A stretch of DNA of 64,000 nt from Octopus sinensis. Lineage: Eukaryota. Below the pieces are notes generated by a model that saw only the letters and a list, made by a program, of their open reading frames with translations, was not told the origin of the DNA and ran no database searches. How positions within the stretch are numbered: the stretch's first letter is position 1; each line of letters opens with the position of its first letter. The DNA lies in NCBI RefSeq assembly GCF_006345805.1, contig NC_042997.1, positions 182,590,001 through 182,654,000 of the forward strand, in the 5' to 3' direction. The position numbers were made by a program, and so were the translations under genes. Positions 12,988 to 26,280 of this stretch are shown piece by piece.

Positions 12988-13211
12988 ATAAATAATAATA
13001 GTAATAATAATAATCCTTTCTACTAAAGGCACAAGGCCTTAAATTTTGGGGGAGGGGTAAGGCAATTATATCAACCCCAGTACATAACTGGTACTTATTT
13101 GATCAACCCTTAAAGAATGAAAAGCAAAGTTAGCCATGGTAGAATTTGAACTCAGAACATAAAGACAGATGAAATACTGATAATTTTGCCTGGCATGCTA
13201 ATGATTCTGCC
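12988..13211 (-). mobile_element. SINE family c
   Basis: Homologous to 19126-19385. Confidence 0.75.
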
Positions 13212-13419
13212 ATAATAATAATGATATACATTTTTAAGCTATTGTAATCTTTATTTCTGCTTAGTTGAAGAAATGTAGAGCTATGGACTAAATGCTTTTT
13301 CTTTCTTAGTTTAAATTATACCTGGATCAATAAAATAAGTACCAAACATATACTGTGAGTTCCTCATAAGTTTGTGACTTTATGCTAGTGTAAGGAATTG
13401 TTGGTTAGTCTGAAGAAGT

Positions 13420-13920
13420 AAATTTGTATCTGTAGCCTCTGCAGACTCTCTTAGACTGTTGAAGTTGATATGGTTGATGATGCTTAAAATTCTGCAAATT
13501 GATGCTTATAAGGAAGCTTGGGTAAGAAAAGACTTCCCGATAGTCTCAGTTCTCGGGGAAAATAATTATGCAAGGTGTTTAATACAAGGTCTTTGAGATA
13601 AGATAGCAGGGATGATAAGAAGATAATTCCAGCTGGGATTTAATGAAGGTGGTACAATTTGCTAGTTGAGTTAGTTCTTCTGTACTGTGCAAGTTGTAGC
13701 CTGTTGTTGAGCAAAGCAAAATGCAATTCAGAATGTTTGAAGTTGTAACGGCAGTAGTATCTCAGATGTATTAGCAGTAGTCTAATGTGGGATACACTTG
13801 AGCTTTGTTCAGAATTGAAGTGGTGTGGGTTCTGAAGGGAAAAGATAACCTTTGGGAAACAGTTTTGGTTACATTAGAAATGCATGGTTGAGCTATTTGG
13901 TATGAGAATGATATCCACTT
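13420..13920 (-). mobile_element. Old CR1/L2/Jockey-type LINE ORF2 C-terminal fragment
   Basis: Minus-strand translation with stops, VTKTVSQRLSF.FR...NKAQVYPTLDYC*YI*D, resembles the YKAQVRP.LEYC..IW motif. Confidence 0.55.
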
Positions 13921-15099
13921 TTTAAAATAAAAGTTTTTAATGCATACTTTTAGAAAAGGCTGTAATTATATTTTGTATAGTATCTATTGTATATATTCTC
14001 ATAGATACTGTTACTGCCATCACATTTTGTTCCATATTTTGGCTGGATTTGTAATATTACTTTTTCTTACTTACTCATTACATCAAGTCTAACTACTATG
14101 TACATATCCCTGCTAGTTTCCTTATTTTCTAGCTACAATCAATTATCTGTCCTTCACCTTAACACTCATAGTAACCTAACTTCTTTCTATACACACTTTT
14201 TTCTTAAAATATACAAATCTCAAACCATGTTGTTCTTTGTTTTATTTATTTATTATTTATTTTGAAATTCTCTAATATTTACCTTAATGTCAGTCAAAGA
14301 TTTGCAACTGCTGAATGAATATCATTGCAATCTCACAATCTCAGCAAAAAGTACACAAACACAAGTGTTACTTCTCAAATGTCAACACTGATAAATAAAA
14401 CCATGGTAACATCGTAACATATTTATAAAGACGCATGCAGTTGAAGATATTTTAACATCTTACACAATTTATCATTTTTGATTCATTGGCAACGTATTTA
14501 TGTAAGCTTTGCAAGTTAGTAGTTCCTAAGACAAAAGAATTCTTAGGCAACTTTGGTATTAAAATAGTAGACACCAGAAGTTCATGATTTTTCTGTGTGC
14601 TTTGCTTTGAGAATTTTCAGTCAAAACAAGGTCTGCCAATCAACCCCAGTTTTTACTCATTTTAGAGATGTCTTTTGCCAGTTTAAGAATTTCAACCATG
14701 CCAAAATTATTTGGATCTGTTCCATTTTATTTCTCAGTTATGCATTATCACCACTTAACTTACTTGATGATTATATTGATATGAAACTTGAACATTAATT
14801 CTGAATGGAAAATGAGATATTTTTCAAACAGTTTTTTTTTTCTCATTTTTTTTTCCTTTTGAACATTTTTTCCAAACTTTTTCAAACGATGAATGTATTT
14901 TTTAAAAAAAATCAAGACTTTATATGGGCTGAATTGCATTGGGAAAGGTATTTAAAGAATCAAGATATTTTTGTTCTATTGGAAACTCAGCAACAGACAG
15001 ACTCACTCTAAAGATGTTTAAATTATTTATTAGTAAATCACAGTTGTTTATCAAGGCATTTGAGTATGCCACTTATTTAAACAAAATTTTAAAAATTAT

Positions 15100-15600
15100 T
15101 ATTATTGTTGTTGAGTGAGTGAGAGAGCATTGCATTCCATCAAAGTGACACTGGGGTACAAATATACGAAGCCTAATATACCCATCAGGATCTCATATCA
15201 GGATAAACATGATCTTGCAGGCGGGACTGAGTTAGAATTTTCGTCAGGTCAAATAGCCTATCCAGTTCCAAAGGTCCCTAAATAAAGTATTAAGGATGAT
15301 GAATGAAACACCCATATTACCAGAGCTGAATTATTCAAATCCCAAAGAATCCCTCTCAACATATGGCTATGATGCTTCTGCACTTCTTGTGCTCATGATC
15401 AGAGATGCACATATCATCAGCCACTAAAGGACATGCTCAACTGGTTAACGTTAAGCAACTGACAAGCAAATCTGTGGTACTGAGCAGAATATTTGCTGTA
15501 GCACCTCTTTTACTCCAAAACAAAACATGTACAGGATAACACTTCCAATCAGTTAAGATCAGAAGCCATGAGAGCCCCTGTCTGGTATTGCATTGGGCAT
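15100..15600. repeat. Interspersed repeat, family not assigned
   Basis: GC-richer 500-bp block next to a (TTA/TTG)n tract; looks like a retroposon body but has no second copy in the window. Confidence 0.35.
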
Positions 15601-18014
15601 TTATTATTATTATCATTATTAACTTGTAGAGTTGTTAGCACATCAAACAAAATGCTTACCAGCTCTTTACATTCTGAATTTAAATACTGCCAAGGTCATC
15701 TTTTCCCTTCATCCTTTTGGGATCAATAAGTACTACAGTTGAACATTGAGGCCAATATAATCAACTAAACTCTTCCCTCAAAATTGCTAGCCTAGTGCCA
15801 AAATTAGAAAGATTTATTATGATTTTAAAACACAATCATTGTTGATGATTCTGTGAGGTTGTTTCACATTTTATATCACCTCCTCATATCATTCTTGCAA
15901 CTTTCAATCATTATTTCTGGAGAGATTTTGCATGTATTTTAATATTTTCCCTCAAATTCCATACCACTAACTTTAAACTGTTTTCAATTAGTTTGTTTGG
16001 TCATGGTGAGGAGATAGAAAGTGAGGTTCAGCTGCTAAAATACTTGTATATTGACTAGAAAGTTAGGAATTCATTCCCAAGCACTGAACTCCTCTAACTA
16101 GTCAAGTTACAACCATCATACATAATGCAGTGAAGGGGAAATTTTCAATAAATTAATAATACTTATATGGTGAGAAGAAAACATCAGCTAAATAATTACT
16201 ATTAATTTAATTTGATCTTAGTAATTATGGGCAACAACTCAAGATAGGTTTTGTTCTTGTTAGACCTCAGCAAGTTAACTGTAACCTATGTAACTAAGCT
16301 ACGGTTAACCAAATTTAGAATGAGTACCTTTTGTAATTGAAAGTTGAGCTGTTTGTGTTAGAAAGAACACCCTAATATAAAAGTTTAAAATTTTTTCTAA
16401 AGTATAATAGCTGAGTAATTATGTGCAGACATTAAAACAAAATTCTCACAAGCATTTATTTATTTAAAATTGTTGCTTTGGAAAAATATTGCACAGGCAT
16501 AAAAAGGTTTATCACCCTCTCTCTCTCTCCTTCTCTCTCTCTCTCTCAACAAAGGAAGACTAACCATTGTCCTTATAGGTAGTAGAAATTTTCTGGTCTC
16601 ATGTACTGATTAAGTAACTGGAAAAGTACATATGATCACTGGGCAAATGGGCGTAACAGTACATTTTGTTGCCTTCAAACAACACAAAAATTGTGATATT
16701 TAACAGGATACTGCTTGAATATTTCCCTACATTAGGTGTTTTAGCTATTGAAGCATATACTTTCTAGTGAATGAAGAACTGCTATAACTGTTTGGTTTTT
16801 GAAAATTTAATAGTCTTCATGTAAGGTAGGTTAGCAATGAATAAGATGAAGGATTTTACAGTCTGTACCAAAGCAAGGAAAATCTAAACTGTGATGATAA
16901 ATATTTACATTATCTTTTTTTAAATCTTTAGTGCAAGCATGGTTGTTTTTGTTGGGAGTTTACTTTGGACAAGAAACTTCTACTATTGCTTAGGATTGAC
17001 CAATAGCTTACAAATGGAATTTAGTAGATAGAAACTGTGCAGAAGTCCATCATGTATGTGTGTGTGTATGTGTATATATATGTGTGTGGGTGTGTGTGTG
17101 TTTGCGTATTTATGTGTATCTTTCACCCAATTTATATCAGTCATCAGTGTGAGAGACAGGGAAAAGAGTAGTGCTTTACAAGGTAAGACACTAAGTGCAT
17201 TGGGTTTAGTAATGCAGTAAACCGGTGATTGACTTATTGGAAATCTGTAACCAACAATACTTTGTTCACTAATTATTTGTTAATAAATTATTGTCCTTGA
17301 TCATATTATTATTGCAAAAGAGTTACTTCTGATTATCAATTTCTAAGTTTCGCATATCCTACTGTAACCCAATATACCTTGTGGCTTCAAGTTTATTTTA
17401 AATTCTTCTTTATTTGAGATGACATTACTCAGATAAAATTAAAGAGATATAGACAGTGTTTTAATCAGGAGTGTTTTTTATTTGTTTTAAGGCAAATCTT
17501 AATCTGCTTCATAGCCAATGATTAAGAAATATTTACTAGTTATTTAGTCTTGTTTGTTGTTCCAAACTAGATTCTGAAGATCTTACAATTTTCACTGCAA
17601 TGACCACTTGTGTTTTTTCCTTCCTTTGTTACCGTTTTTCTCTTCTATTACAGTAGTCATCAATCAACCTTGCAAATGATCTTTGATTAGTCTATTTCCA
17701 AATTCCTAAGTAGTATCAATTTTAAGAGTTTCAGAGGGCCTATCAAAGCTATGGTCATAACCCCTTCTTCCAAACCAGACTAATGAAAACAAAATTTTGC
17801 AATCTTATCGTTTGACCTGTATCAAACATATCCAAACCATTGACCTAAAAGGAAATTTTTTGGTGACTAATATTCAGAGATAAAATTGTTGTTGATTTTG
17901 TTAGAAGAAACAATTGTAGAAACTCTCAATAGTTCATTTTATTGACTCTCCAGACCTCCAAAGTATTTAGATGTACAGACTTAACAGTTCTGGAATAAGG
18001 CCATTTCTTACCAG

Positions 18015-18355
18015 ATCATCATCATCATCATCGTTTAACGTCCGTTCTCCATGCTAGCATGGGTTGGACGGTTCGACCGGGGTTCTGGGAAGCCAGAAGG
18101 CTGCACCAGGCTCCAGTCTAATCTGGCAATGTTTCTACAGCTGGATGCCCTTCCTAACGCCAACCACTCCGTGAGTGTAGTGGGTGCTTTTTACGTGCCA
18201 CCTGCACAGGTGCCAGGCGAGGCTGGCAACGGCCACGGTCAGATTGGTGTATTTTATGTGCCACCGGCACGGAAGCCAGTCGAGGCGGTGCTGGCATCGG
18301 CCACGAGTCGGATAGTGCTTTTTACATACCACCAGACCAGGGATCCTGGCTGGGT
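18015..18355 (-). mobile_element. SINE/LINE-tail family b with (ATG)n 3' tail
   Basis: (ATC)n then gtttaacgtccg...catgctagcatgggttggacgg...ctggatgcccttcctaacgccaaccac; homologous to 34965, 35331, 43862 and older copies. Confidence 0.8.
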
Positions 18356-19125
18356 TTTAAAATTTCATAGAAAAAAGAAAATTTACTTGTTACTGGAACC
18401 TGTAACAAACTGGATATTGATCATAATGTTTTATTGGAAAATGTTCACAATATTTTATTTCTATGCATTGGTTAAGTTTACATTTGAGTTTGACACTAAT
18501 TTCTTCTGTCACTGACTTTCCTAGTTTCTTTTATGTAAACCTAATATTTATTTCATGCTGCCAAAGTAAACATCTACATACATATTGCAGTCAGAACTGG
18601 CATAGCAGAAATGTTTGTCTCACATTTTAAAACTGCTGTAATTTTGATCTAAGTGATTTTTGTCACTGTAGAAAAGGGAATATGTTTATAAGTATTTTAC
18701 TAATTTCAAAGCTTACATTCTTCCACTAATTACGGAAGGGTTGCAGAAAACTTGTTCTTGTAAATTGTTATCATTTGCAAATATTTTCTTACAATATATT
18801 TGGCATTTTCAAAACTGAAACTGTGCCACTAGTTATTTCTTTTCTATCTCAATTGTATCTTAAAGTACCTTATTTATAATTTTTTATATATATTAAACCT
18901 GCTCATTGAAATAGAAATTGTTGCTACTTTTTTTTTTATATGATTTTCATGTTTTCTCTTGCAACAATGGTTTCTGTCATTTTTTTTTTTTAAAGGAAAA
19001 CTAATTTATGTAAGGAATAATATAAAATTAATCATTAAAATTATGAAATAAACAATAAATTTGGACCAAAATAAAAAAGGATACAAATCGTAAACAGTGT
19101 CTACAGATTGTCATTGTTAAAAGAG

Positions 19126-19755
19126 AATAATGATAATAATAATAATAATATAATAATAATAATAATAATCCTTTCTACTGTAGGCACAAGGCCTGAAATT
19201 TGTGGGGAGGGGTTAGTCAATTACATTGACCCCAGTGTTTCACTGGCACTTAATTTCTCAGCCCCAAAAGGATGAAAAGCAAAGTCAACCTCAGTGGAAT
19301 TTGAACTCAGAACGTAGTAACGGCAGGCAAAATACTGCTAAGCATTTCGTCCAGCGCACTAACAATTCTTCCAGCTCACCGCCTTTATAATGATATTAAT
19401 AATAGTAATGATGATGATAATAATAATAACCCTTTCTACTATATAGGCACAAGACCTGAAATTTTTTTTTTCTTTTTGTGGCAGGGGTGTTAGTTGATTA
19501 CATCACCCCCTATGCTCAACTGGGACTTATTTCATCAACCCTGCAAGGATGAAAGGCAGAGTTAACCTCAGTTGGAATTCAAACTCAGAATATAAAACCA
19601 TGTGAAATGCTGCTAAACATTTTCTCTAACAGGCTAGCAATTCTGCTAGTTCACTACCTTTAATAATTATTATTTCTACTATAAACACAAGGCATGGAAT
19701 TTTGAAGGAGACTAGTCAGTTACCAGTACTCAACTGGTACTGATTTTATCAACCT
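19126..19755 (-). mobile_element. Head-to-tail cluster of three tRNA-derived SINE family c copies with (TTA)n tails
   Basis: Three repeats of (taa)n-cctttctact..ggcacaagg..tgaaattt (19126-19385, 19386-19660, 19661-19755 partial); same family at 12988-13211. Confidence 0.8.
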
Positions 19756-21307
19756 CCCTCAAAATTTATAATTGATCTTCAATTCAGGAAAGTACAATAT
19801 TCTGATTTGGAACTCCCTGGATAGTTGAATATTGACTTTTTATAGTTAGTGTAGTATTATTAAAGTGGGGGGTTTTGATAATAAGACTAACTTCTGTTCT
19901 AAAGCACTCACACACACTTACAAATACAATACACCTCCTCACACTTACATAATAAAGAATCTTTTCAGTAGAAGGAGTGGGTGTTAAATTGATATATAAA
20001 ATCTTGTAAAAAAAAAAAAAGTCAAAAGACTATTAAAGACTAAGTGAACTCTATCTTAATGCAACTTACTGACTTGTACTTAATATAAGCCCTATTTCTG
20101 ATAAAGATAAGTATGTAGTCTAACAGGATCAAATATAAAATTCAATTATCTTTTGAAAGTAATGTAATATTTATACCCTGAAAGATGCTTGATTTATTTT
20201 ATATGTATGTATATGTTTTTAATCATAAGATTTAGTTATTAGGTGATATCTCTTCATTTACATACTCTTTCCATACAAGTAAATTGTATGATATATGTAT
20301 ATTGTTGGGTAGTGGGTTTATTACACTAAAGTGAGTTTATGACATGCATTAATGGATTAGATATGTGATATGAATGGAGAGACAAGCCCTTAATGAGGTA
20401 GGAACCTCATTACTTTCAGTTTTTTTGTCTGCAATTCTATCTTTGCTGCACTACTAATATGTGAAGACGCTAAATTGTTGCCTCTATATCTGCTTGGAGA
20501 ATACACCAGCTGAAAGGCTGGTTAGTTCTATCTTATATATAGGATTATTAACAAATGCTAACTGGAAGACAGCATCCAAGTATATTTCTGTCTACATCTC
20601 TCTACATCTTGGACATGATTGTCCAGTTGTTTGACCATGTCCTCCGAGTTGTAAGCTTGAATTTAATCTTGTCTTCACATTTCTTGTGTTACAACTCCTA
20701 TTGTAAGCACTCTCTATGCTTGACAACTTTTTTTTTCTTTCTCATCTCCTTAATTCAAGTCAAGAGCTCTGTAGTATTTCTAAGTAGTAGAGACCCTTCT
20801 TCTTACCACAGATGTTGACATTAACTCAGAATCTCATGATCTCTGCAAATATCTCTCTCATCATATCTGCTCGTTTTTAGGTTTGGCATCTTAAACCACT
20901 TTTGAGAAGATTTTGGTAACAGATGGACTGTGGTAGTTATCTTCACAAAATAATAATAAGAACAATGATAATAATAATAAGTTATTTTATCATAATTTTA
21001 TATTTTGTCAAAACTTGTGAAAATGCTGATATGATTTGTTTTTCCCTAAGTTTAGCTAGCTATACAAGGAATCCATTACCGTGGTGAAATTATTATTAGT
21101 TGTCTAATAATGTCCAGCTGTAACAAAGATAATCTTTTTTAAAATTAATTCAGTGTTGCCATTTGATAAAAAAAACCATCAGCAGTTATGGCAAACTACA
21201 AATCAGGATGTATTCTTTTATCTTTCGATTAAGAGTAAGTTATTAAGTTTCAAACATTACAGCAAGTTTCAATAATTAAACCATTTATTAAAATTGTGAC
21301 TTATTTT

Positions 21308-21736
21308 AATTCGAAAATTACTATTTGTAAATCTCTCAATGAGAGATATTCAGCAACAATACTCTAGAGTAAAGATTATTTGCCAACATAATATGGCAGT
21401 CCTGGTTTAGGACAAAAGTTGCTGTAATTTGGCCCCATGAGACATCGTCTTCAGCTGGCTGTAGGACACGATCTGTGTCCTTATATTTTTGAACAAGGGA
21501 ATTTAGCAGCTCCCACTCAGCTCAAAACAATTTGTGTGTATCATGATTTCTGGGTTATACACAGATATTGTTTTGAGCTGAGTGAGGGTTCTGAGGGTTC
21601 TAAATGCTCTTGTTTGAAAATATAAGGACACAAATCGTGTTGTATAGCCAGCTGGAGATGATGTCGCCTGGGGCTAAATTACAGCAACATTCGTCCTAAA
21701 CCAGGACTGCCATGTTATGTTGGCAAATAATCTTTA
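21308..21736. mobile_element. Same repeat, composite 2: fold-back of two inverted arms
   Basis: Left arm 21308-21558 and inverted arm 21559-21736, with about 180 bp of mutual complementarity; ttattttaa at 21301-21309 and 21734-21742 is a possible TSD. Confidence 0.8.
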
Positions 21737-22993
21737 TTTTAAATTCATTTGCTAGTTAAAACCAGTTAGCTGTGGCTGTGCATAAGACATTGTTAATGAA
21801 AAGTTATTTTAGTAATATTTCTTTGAACTTCAGATCCAATAAGATGACCATTATTTCTGATGAGATAAGCATACAACACATTTGAACAATTAATAAATTA
21901 TCATAACTTGTGAATAAATTCTTGTTTTACCAAATAAGGATACTTCAATACTGAATTGAAAAAAGTATCAGAATTAATTATTTGGATACTGATAAAAGCA
22001 AGAATGATTTAATTAGTTTGTTATGATCAAACAGCTGATTACAAGATCACATGACAAAACAACTCGCTTCTTTTTTTTTTTTTTTTGTCAACACCATATT
22101 TCATTCTCTTGTTATTGATGCAGATTTAAATTTCCTGAGTTTTGGTTATTTATCTAATATTCACTAAATTATGTACAAGCTACCAGAGATTATAGCAGTC
22201 AAAACTTATGAATTGTAACTCCTTCTTTATAATTCTACTGTCATTGTACTTAACAACAGCAGGGAGTATAATTGAATTCAAGGGCATACAGAATAAGGAT
22301 TCCCTCATATGCTGGTCACATATGAAAATAAATTAGCAGGTTTTAAGTGTACATTTAGCAACTACCTTGGAGATAAGGTATGCTCCTAGCAAATCAAACT
22401 TGCAACCCACCTTAGGTTCCAGGATGAAACTCATTCAGCCTCATTTATCTTTCCTTCTGAATCATTCTTCACTTGTTGCTGCTGATTAGAAAACATAAAC
22501 AAACATTTGGTGCCTGACTCACCAGCATGTGTCATCCATCTATTCTCTTATTCAAACCACTGCAGTTTTGTCATTCTCAACGATGCAGCTGATAATTTAT
22601 AGTATCAAAATTTTTAACCATTTAAGTAGCTCTAATGGTAGATCAATCTTTGATAGAAATAAAATTGCTTATATTCCGTACTTTGTTTGCTAACATGTCA
22701 GTTGATTAATTTACACTGTGTATCCTTAAGTCATCAGACAAGTCTGTTTTTTTTAGGTTAGTATTATATTTAGCATTTTGCTACAGACAAATATGTTGGT
22801 CAAAAATGTTAATTCTTTAACTAACAAAAATACATAAATGTTCAGTTGTGTAGTTACTTTATGAAGCAACTGGTTTGTAATACAAAGGCAATTTTTGTTA
22901 AACAATACAAAAAATGTATTTGCTATTTTGGCTTTTAAAATATCTAAAATGCTTTTATATAAGTTTATTGTCTTTTATATATATGTGTATATA

Positions 22994-23036
<43 letters not shown>

Positions 23037-24693
23037 ATGAAATATATATATGTATTTAATGACAATTCTGTTTCAACAAAAGCTTTTAAAATGTTTCCCA
23101 AACCACTCCATTTCCAACTGAACTATATAAAGTCTTTGAATTCCTCACATCATTTCCTATGTTTCTACTTTGTTATGTCAAGTCCATAGTGTTAGAAATA
23201 TGAATTCTGAGTTTAATCCCAACTAAGGGTGTGGGTGTGTGTGTGTGTGTATGTGTGACAAATTGGCATCTAAAAACTAAAGACCATGCACACACACACA
23301 GTATGTGAAATGGGGGAGGTGGGTAGACAAAAAATGGCTGAATAGAAATTTTCTGCAATATTTGAAATTCTAATCAACTGCACCCAACCTTCATCAGGAA
23401 GATAAATATATATATATCATTTACATTCATGTTATTTCATTTCATGAATTAAAGTTCTTCCTTCCTCAAATTGCACAAACATACAATAATCCCTTAGCAC
23501 ATAGCTCTGAAGATACATGATTTGTTGAAGTGGTTCATTTGCAAATATCACAATTATTAAATACATATTTAAAAAAAATTTGTATTGTTTTAGGTTTTTA
23601 TTTATCCATAATGATATAAAAGAAAACATTTTTTTCATGGTTCTCTTTGTTAGACATAATGAATTCATTAACATTATGAATGCTCATACTGAGAATAAAA
23701 GGAACTTCAGCCAATCAACAGATCTGAATACAGTTATATGTGTAACAATAGGTTGAACATTCAGCACCTTAGCAAAATTAGTCAAAAAATGAGCTTGGAA
23801 AACATTTGTACCTTACTCACTTCTTAGGCTTATATATATACAAGGGCTGAAATGGAAAACTTCCACAATATTTTAATTAGTTATATGTTACCTTTCTCTT
23901 CACTTCTAAATGTTCTTAAACGTTTAGACGCTTTCCCAAAATATCTGTAACCAGGATCAGGTGCCTCAAATACCTAAAAAAATTAAATATTTCCTTCCAA
24001 CTTGAAAATTGTCGTATCAATTTCATTATGATATAGCTATTAGAAGTTTCAGATGTAATTTAAGCTTCCTTTGTATATATGTGTATGTTTGCATGTTTAG
24101 GAATGTTTTTCAGCATTTGTGTGCAAGCACAGGGGAATATTTGTTTACATATGTTGTATGCATATATGTGTGTATGTATATGTGTGCTTTTTAATGTGTG
24201 TGTGTGTGTGTAGAAGCACTTCTCAATCTTATACAAGGATGGAATATCAGATAAAGTTTGGGCATAGTGTTATCAGAAAAAGTTGATTTATAGAGCACCC
24301 ATGTAGAAACTATTTGTTTACTATTTTGGCAGCTGAAATTTCTATTTAGCATTTTCAAATGTGGAATTGTCAAAGTCCATTTATAGCTCTTTGTAAGTGT
24401 TAGAAAGTTGACTTTACTAGTCAGAATTTTAGTCTACTTAATGTTGGTTGGATTTTCACTCATTTATGCTGAGGAAACATATCAATATTTCTGTAGATTT
24501 TTGTATGCCTTTTTAATATTCAATATTGAGGCAAGATTTTAAATGGTAAGTTGTCCACAAAGATATGCACCCACACACATGAACTTTTGCATTCTTTTGT
24601 AATAAATAATAAATTCATTGTAAGATCTTTTCATTTGTAATTTGTATATCATTTTAACATTATAAATTTATTATAACATTTATTTTCTTGCAG

Positions 24694-24866
24694 GATGTGG
24701 ACAAGCTAAAAATTGAGGTAGACCATGTCTATAAATCCTTAAAGTACATCAAGGAAGTAGTTGACAAGGAAACTTTACAAATTCTCCCAGCAACTGCATC
24801 TGCTGTGTTAGAAACTGTAACTGGTGTCTTTACACTTCTCAGCAATTTCTTTTCAAACCAAGACAG
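24694..24866 (+). CDS. RAPGEF1: RAPGEF1/C3G internal exon A (N-terminal helical domain, part 1)
   Basis: Acceptor ttttcttgcag|GAT, donor AG|gtaaaa, phase 0-2. Translation DVDKLKIEVDHVYKSLKYIKEVVDKETLQILPATASAVLETV resembles the vertebrate C3G segment L.Y.K..VDK...L..LP..AS.VLE (recalled). Confidence 0.93.
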
Positions 24867-25572
24867 GTAAAAAAAAATTTTTTCATTTTGTTTTTATACA
24901 GAGGATGAAGTTTCTGACTTTATAAAAGATAATTCTAATATTCTGATCATTCTGATTGCTTTTTGTTGCATCTGTAGTTCTGAGTAAAGCAAATTCCCAT
25001 CCATTTTATTTGGCTGTCTGACAGTATTCAAATGTAAATATTTTCATATAATTACTTATATTAACTAGTTTATTCAAAAACTTTGGAATGGAGAAACATT
25101 AAAGATGCCAGTAATGGAATACATATCATGGAATTGGTTCTTTATTTCTGCCAATTTCACTTTAAAGGCTTATAGTACTTTCGTTTTAAAAGTTGGCAAG
25201 TGAGAGAATTTATCTAAGAAGAATAAGTTTGAGTTTAAAACAGTGTAATTTTAAAAAGCTTAGATTTTTCCTTAATGTGAAAAGCAAATGGACCCTTAAA
25301 TCTGCTCTTCACAAACTAAGTCAGTAAGAGAGCTGTTATTTGTTGGTTGACTTGCTAAAATAGCAACCTAATCTCCTTTAAATCATACCCTACTACCTTA
25401 AAAAAGGAAGCACATACTGGATAATAAATATATCTTGGTTACACTCTGCAAAAAAAAGTTAGTATGATCACAGATGGAATACTGGTTGAACAACCACCAG
25501 TGATGACTCTTTAGTTTTGTGCTGGTGTCACTATAAAATGCACCCCTTTGCTTCCTATTCTACTCTTCTGGA

Positions 25573-25574
<2 letters not shown>

Positions 25575-25622
<48 letters not shown>
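25575..25622. repeat. (TA)24 microsatellite
   Basis: Direct read. Confidence 0.95.
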
Positions 25623-25626
<4 letters not shown>

Positions 25627-25671
25627 TTAATGATACTCACAATCATGCCACTTATCACACAACACCATTGA

Positions 25672-25874
25672 CCCTTCTGTCACCATATTTCTAATGAAAT
25701 ACATTGTCATTGTTTCAATTGATTTTGAAAATAATGAAGAATTAGTAAAATAACTGTCATTATTAAGTTGGTGTTTGAAACATGAAATTTTAATGAAAGG
25801 CTTTAACTTAAAACACCTTAAACAGAAAATTCATTGAACTAAAGACAGTCTCAGACAGGGTGGTATCAAAGGAG
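25672..25874. mobile_element. Degenerate piggyBac-like MITE
   Basis: ttga|cccttctgtcacc ... ggtatcaaaggag|ttga; imperfect TIRs, identical 4-bp flanks. Confidence 0.4.
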
Positions 25875-25884
25875 TTGATATATA

Positions 25885-26280
25885 GGCGCAGGAGTGGCTG
25901 TGTGGTAAGTAGCTTGCTTACCAACCACATGGTTCTGGGTTCAGTCCCAATGCGTGGCACCTTGGGTAAGTGTCTTCTACTATAGCCTTGGGCCGACCAA
26001 AGCCTTGTGAGTCGATTTGGTAGACAGAAACTGAAAGAAGCCTGTCGTATATATATGTATATGTTTGTGTGTCTATGTTTGTGTGTCTATGTTTGTTCCC
26101 CCAGCATCGCTTGACAACCGATGCTGTTGTGTTTACGTCCCTGTAACTTAGCAGTTCAGCAAGAGAGACCGATAGATTAAGTACTAAGCTTACAAAGAAT
26201 AAGTTCTGGGGTCAATTTGCTCAACTAAAGACGGTACTCCAGCATGGCCGCAGTCAAATGACTGAAACAAATAAAAGAAT
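25885..26280 (+). mobile_element. tRNA-derived SINE family a, near full-length copy
   Basis: tRNA-like head ggcgcaggagtggctgtgtggtaag...gggttcagtccc, central (TA/TG)n tract, 3' end gcagtcaaatgactgaaac plus A-rich tail; many homologues in the window. Confidence 0.85.

Noticed and set aside
17110-17150. Minus-strand CTGATGA...GAAA spacing
   Set aside because: No complementary stem I after the putative cleavage site; likely chance in AT-rich DNA.
18051-18515. 154-aa ORF, and similar ORFs at 35020-35851
   Set aside because: They are readings through GC-richer family b repeats with no protein-like features.
5971-21736. Initial reading of the inverted repeats at 9900-10223 and 21308-21736 as ordinary MITEs
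   Set aside because: Arms are asymmetric, TSDs differ in length (13 and 9 bp), a tandem unit is present and junctions track a ribozyme-like motif, which fits retrotransposition better.
25885-25960. tRNA-like sequence
   Set aside because: It is the head of a SINE; no complete cloverleaf, and it continues into the SINE body.
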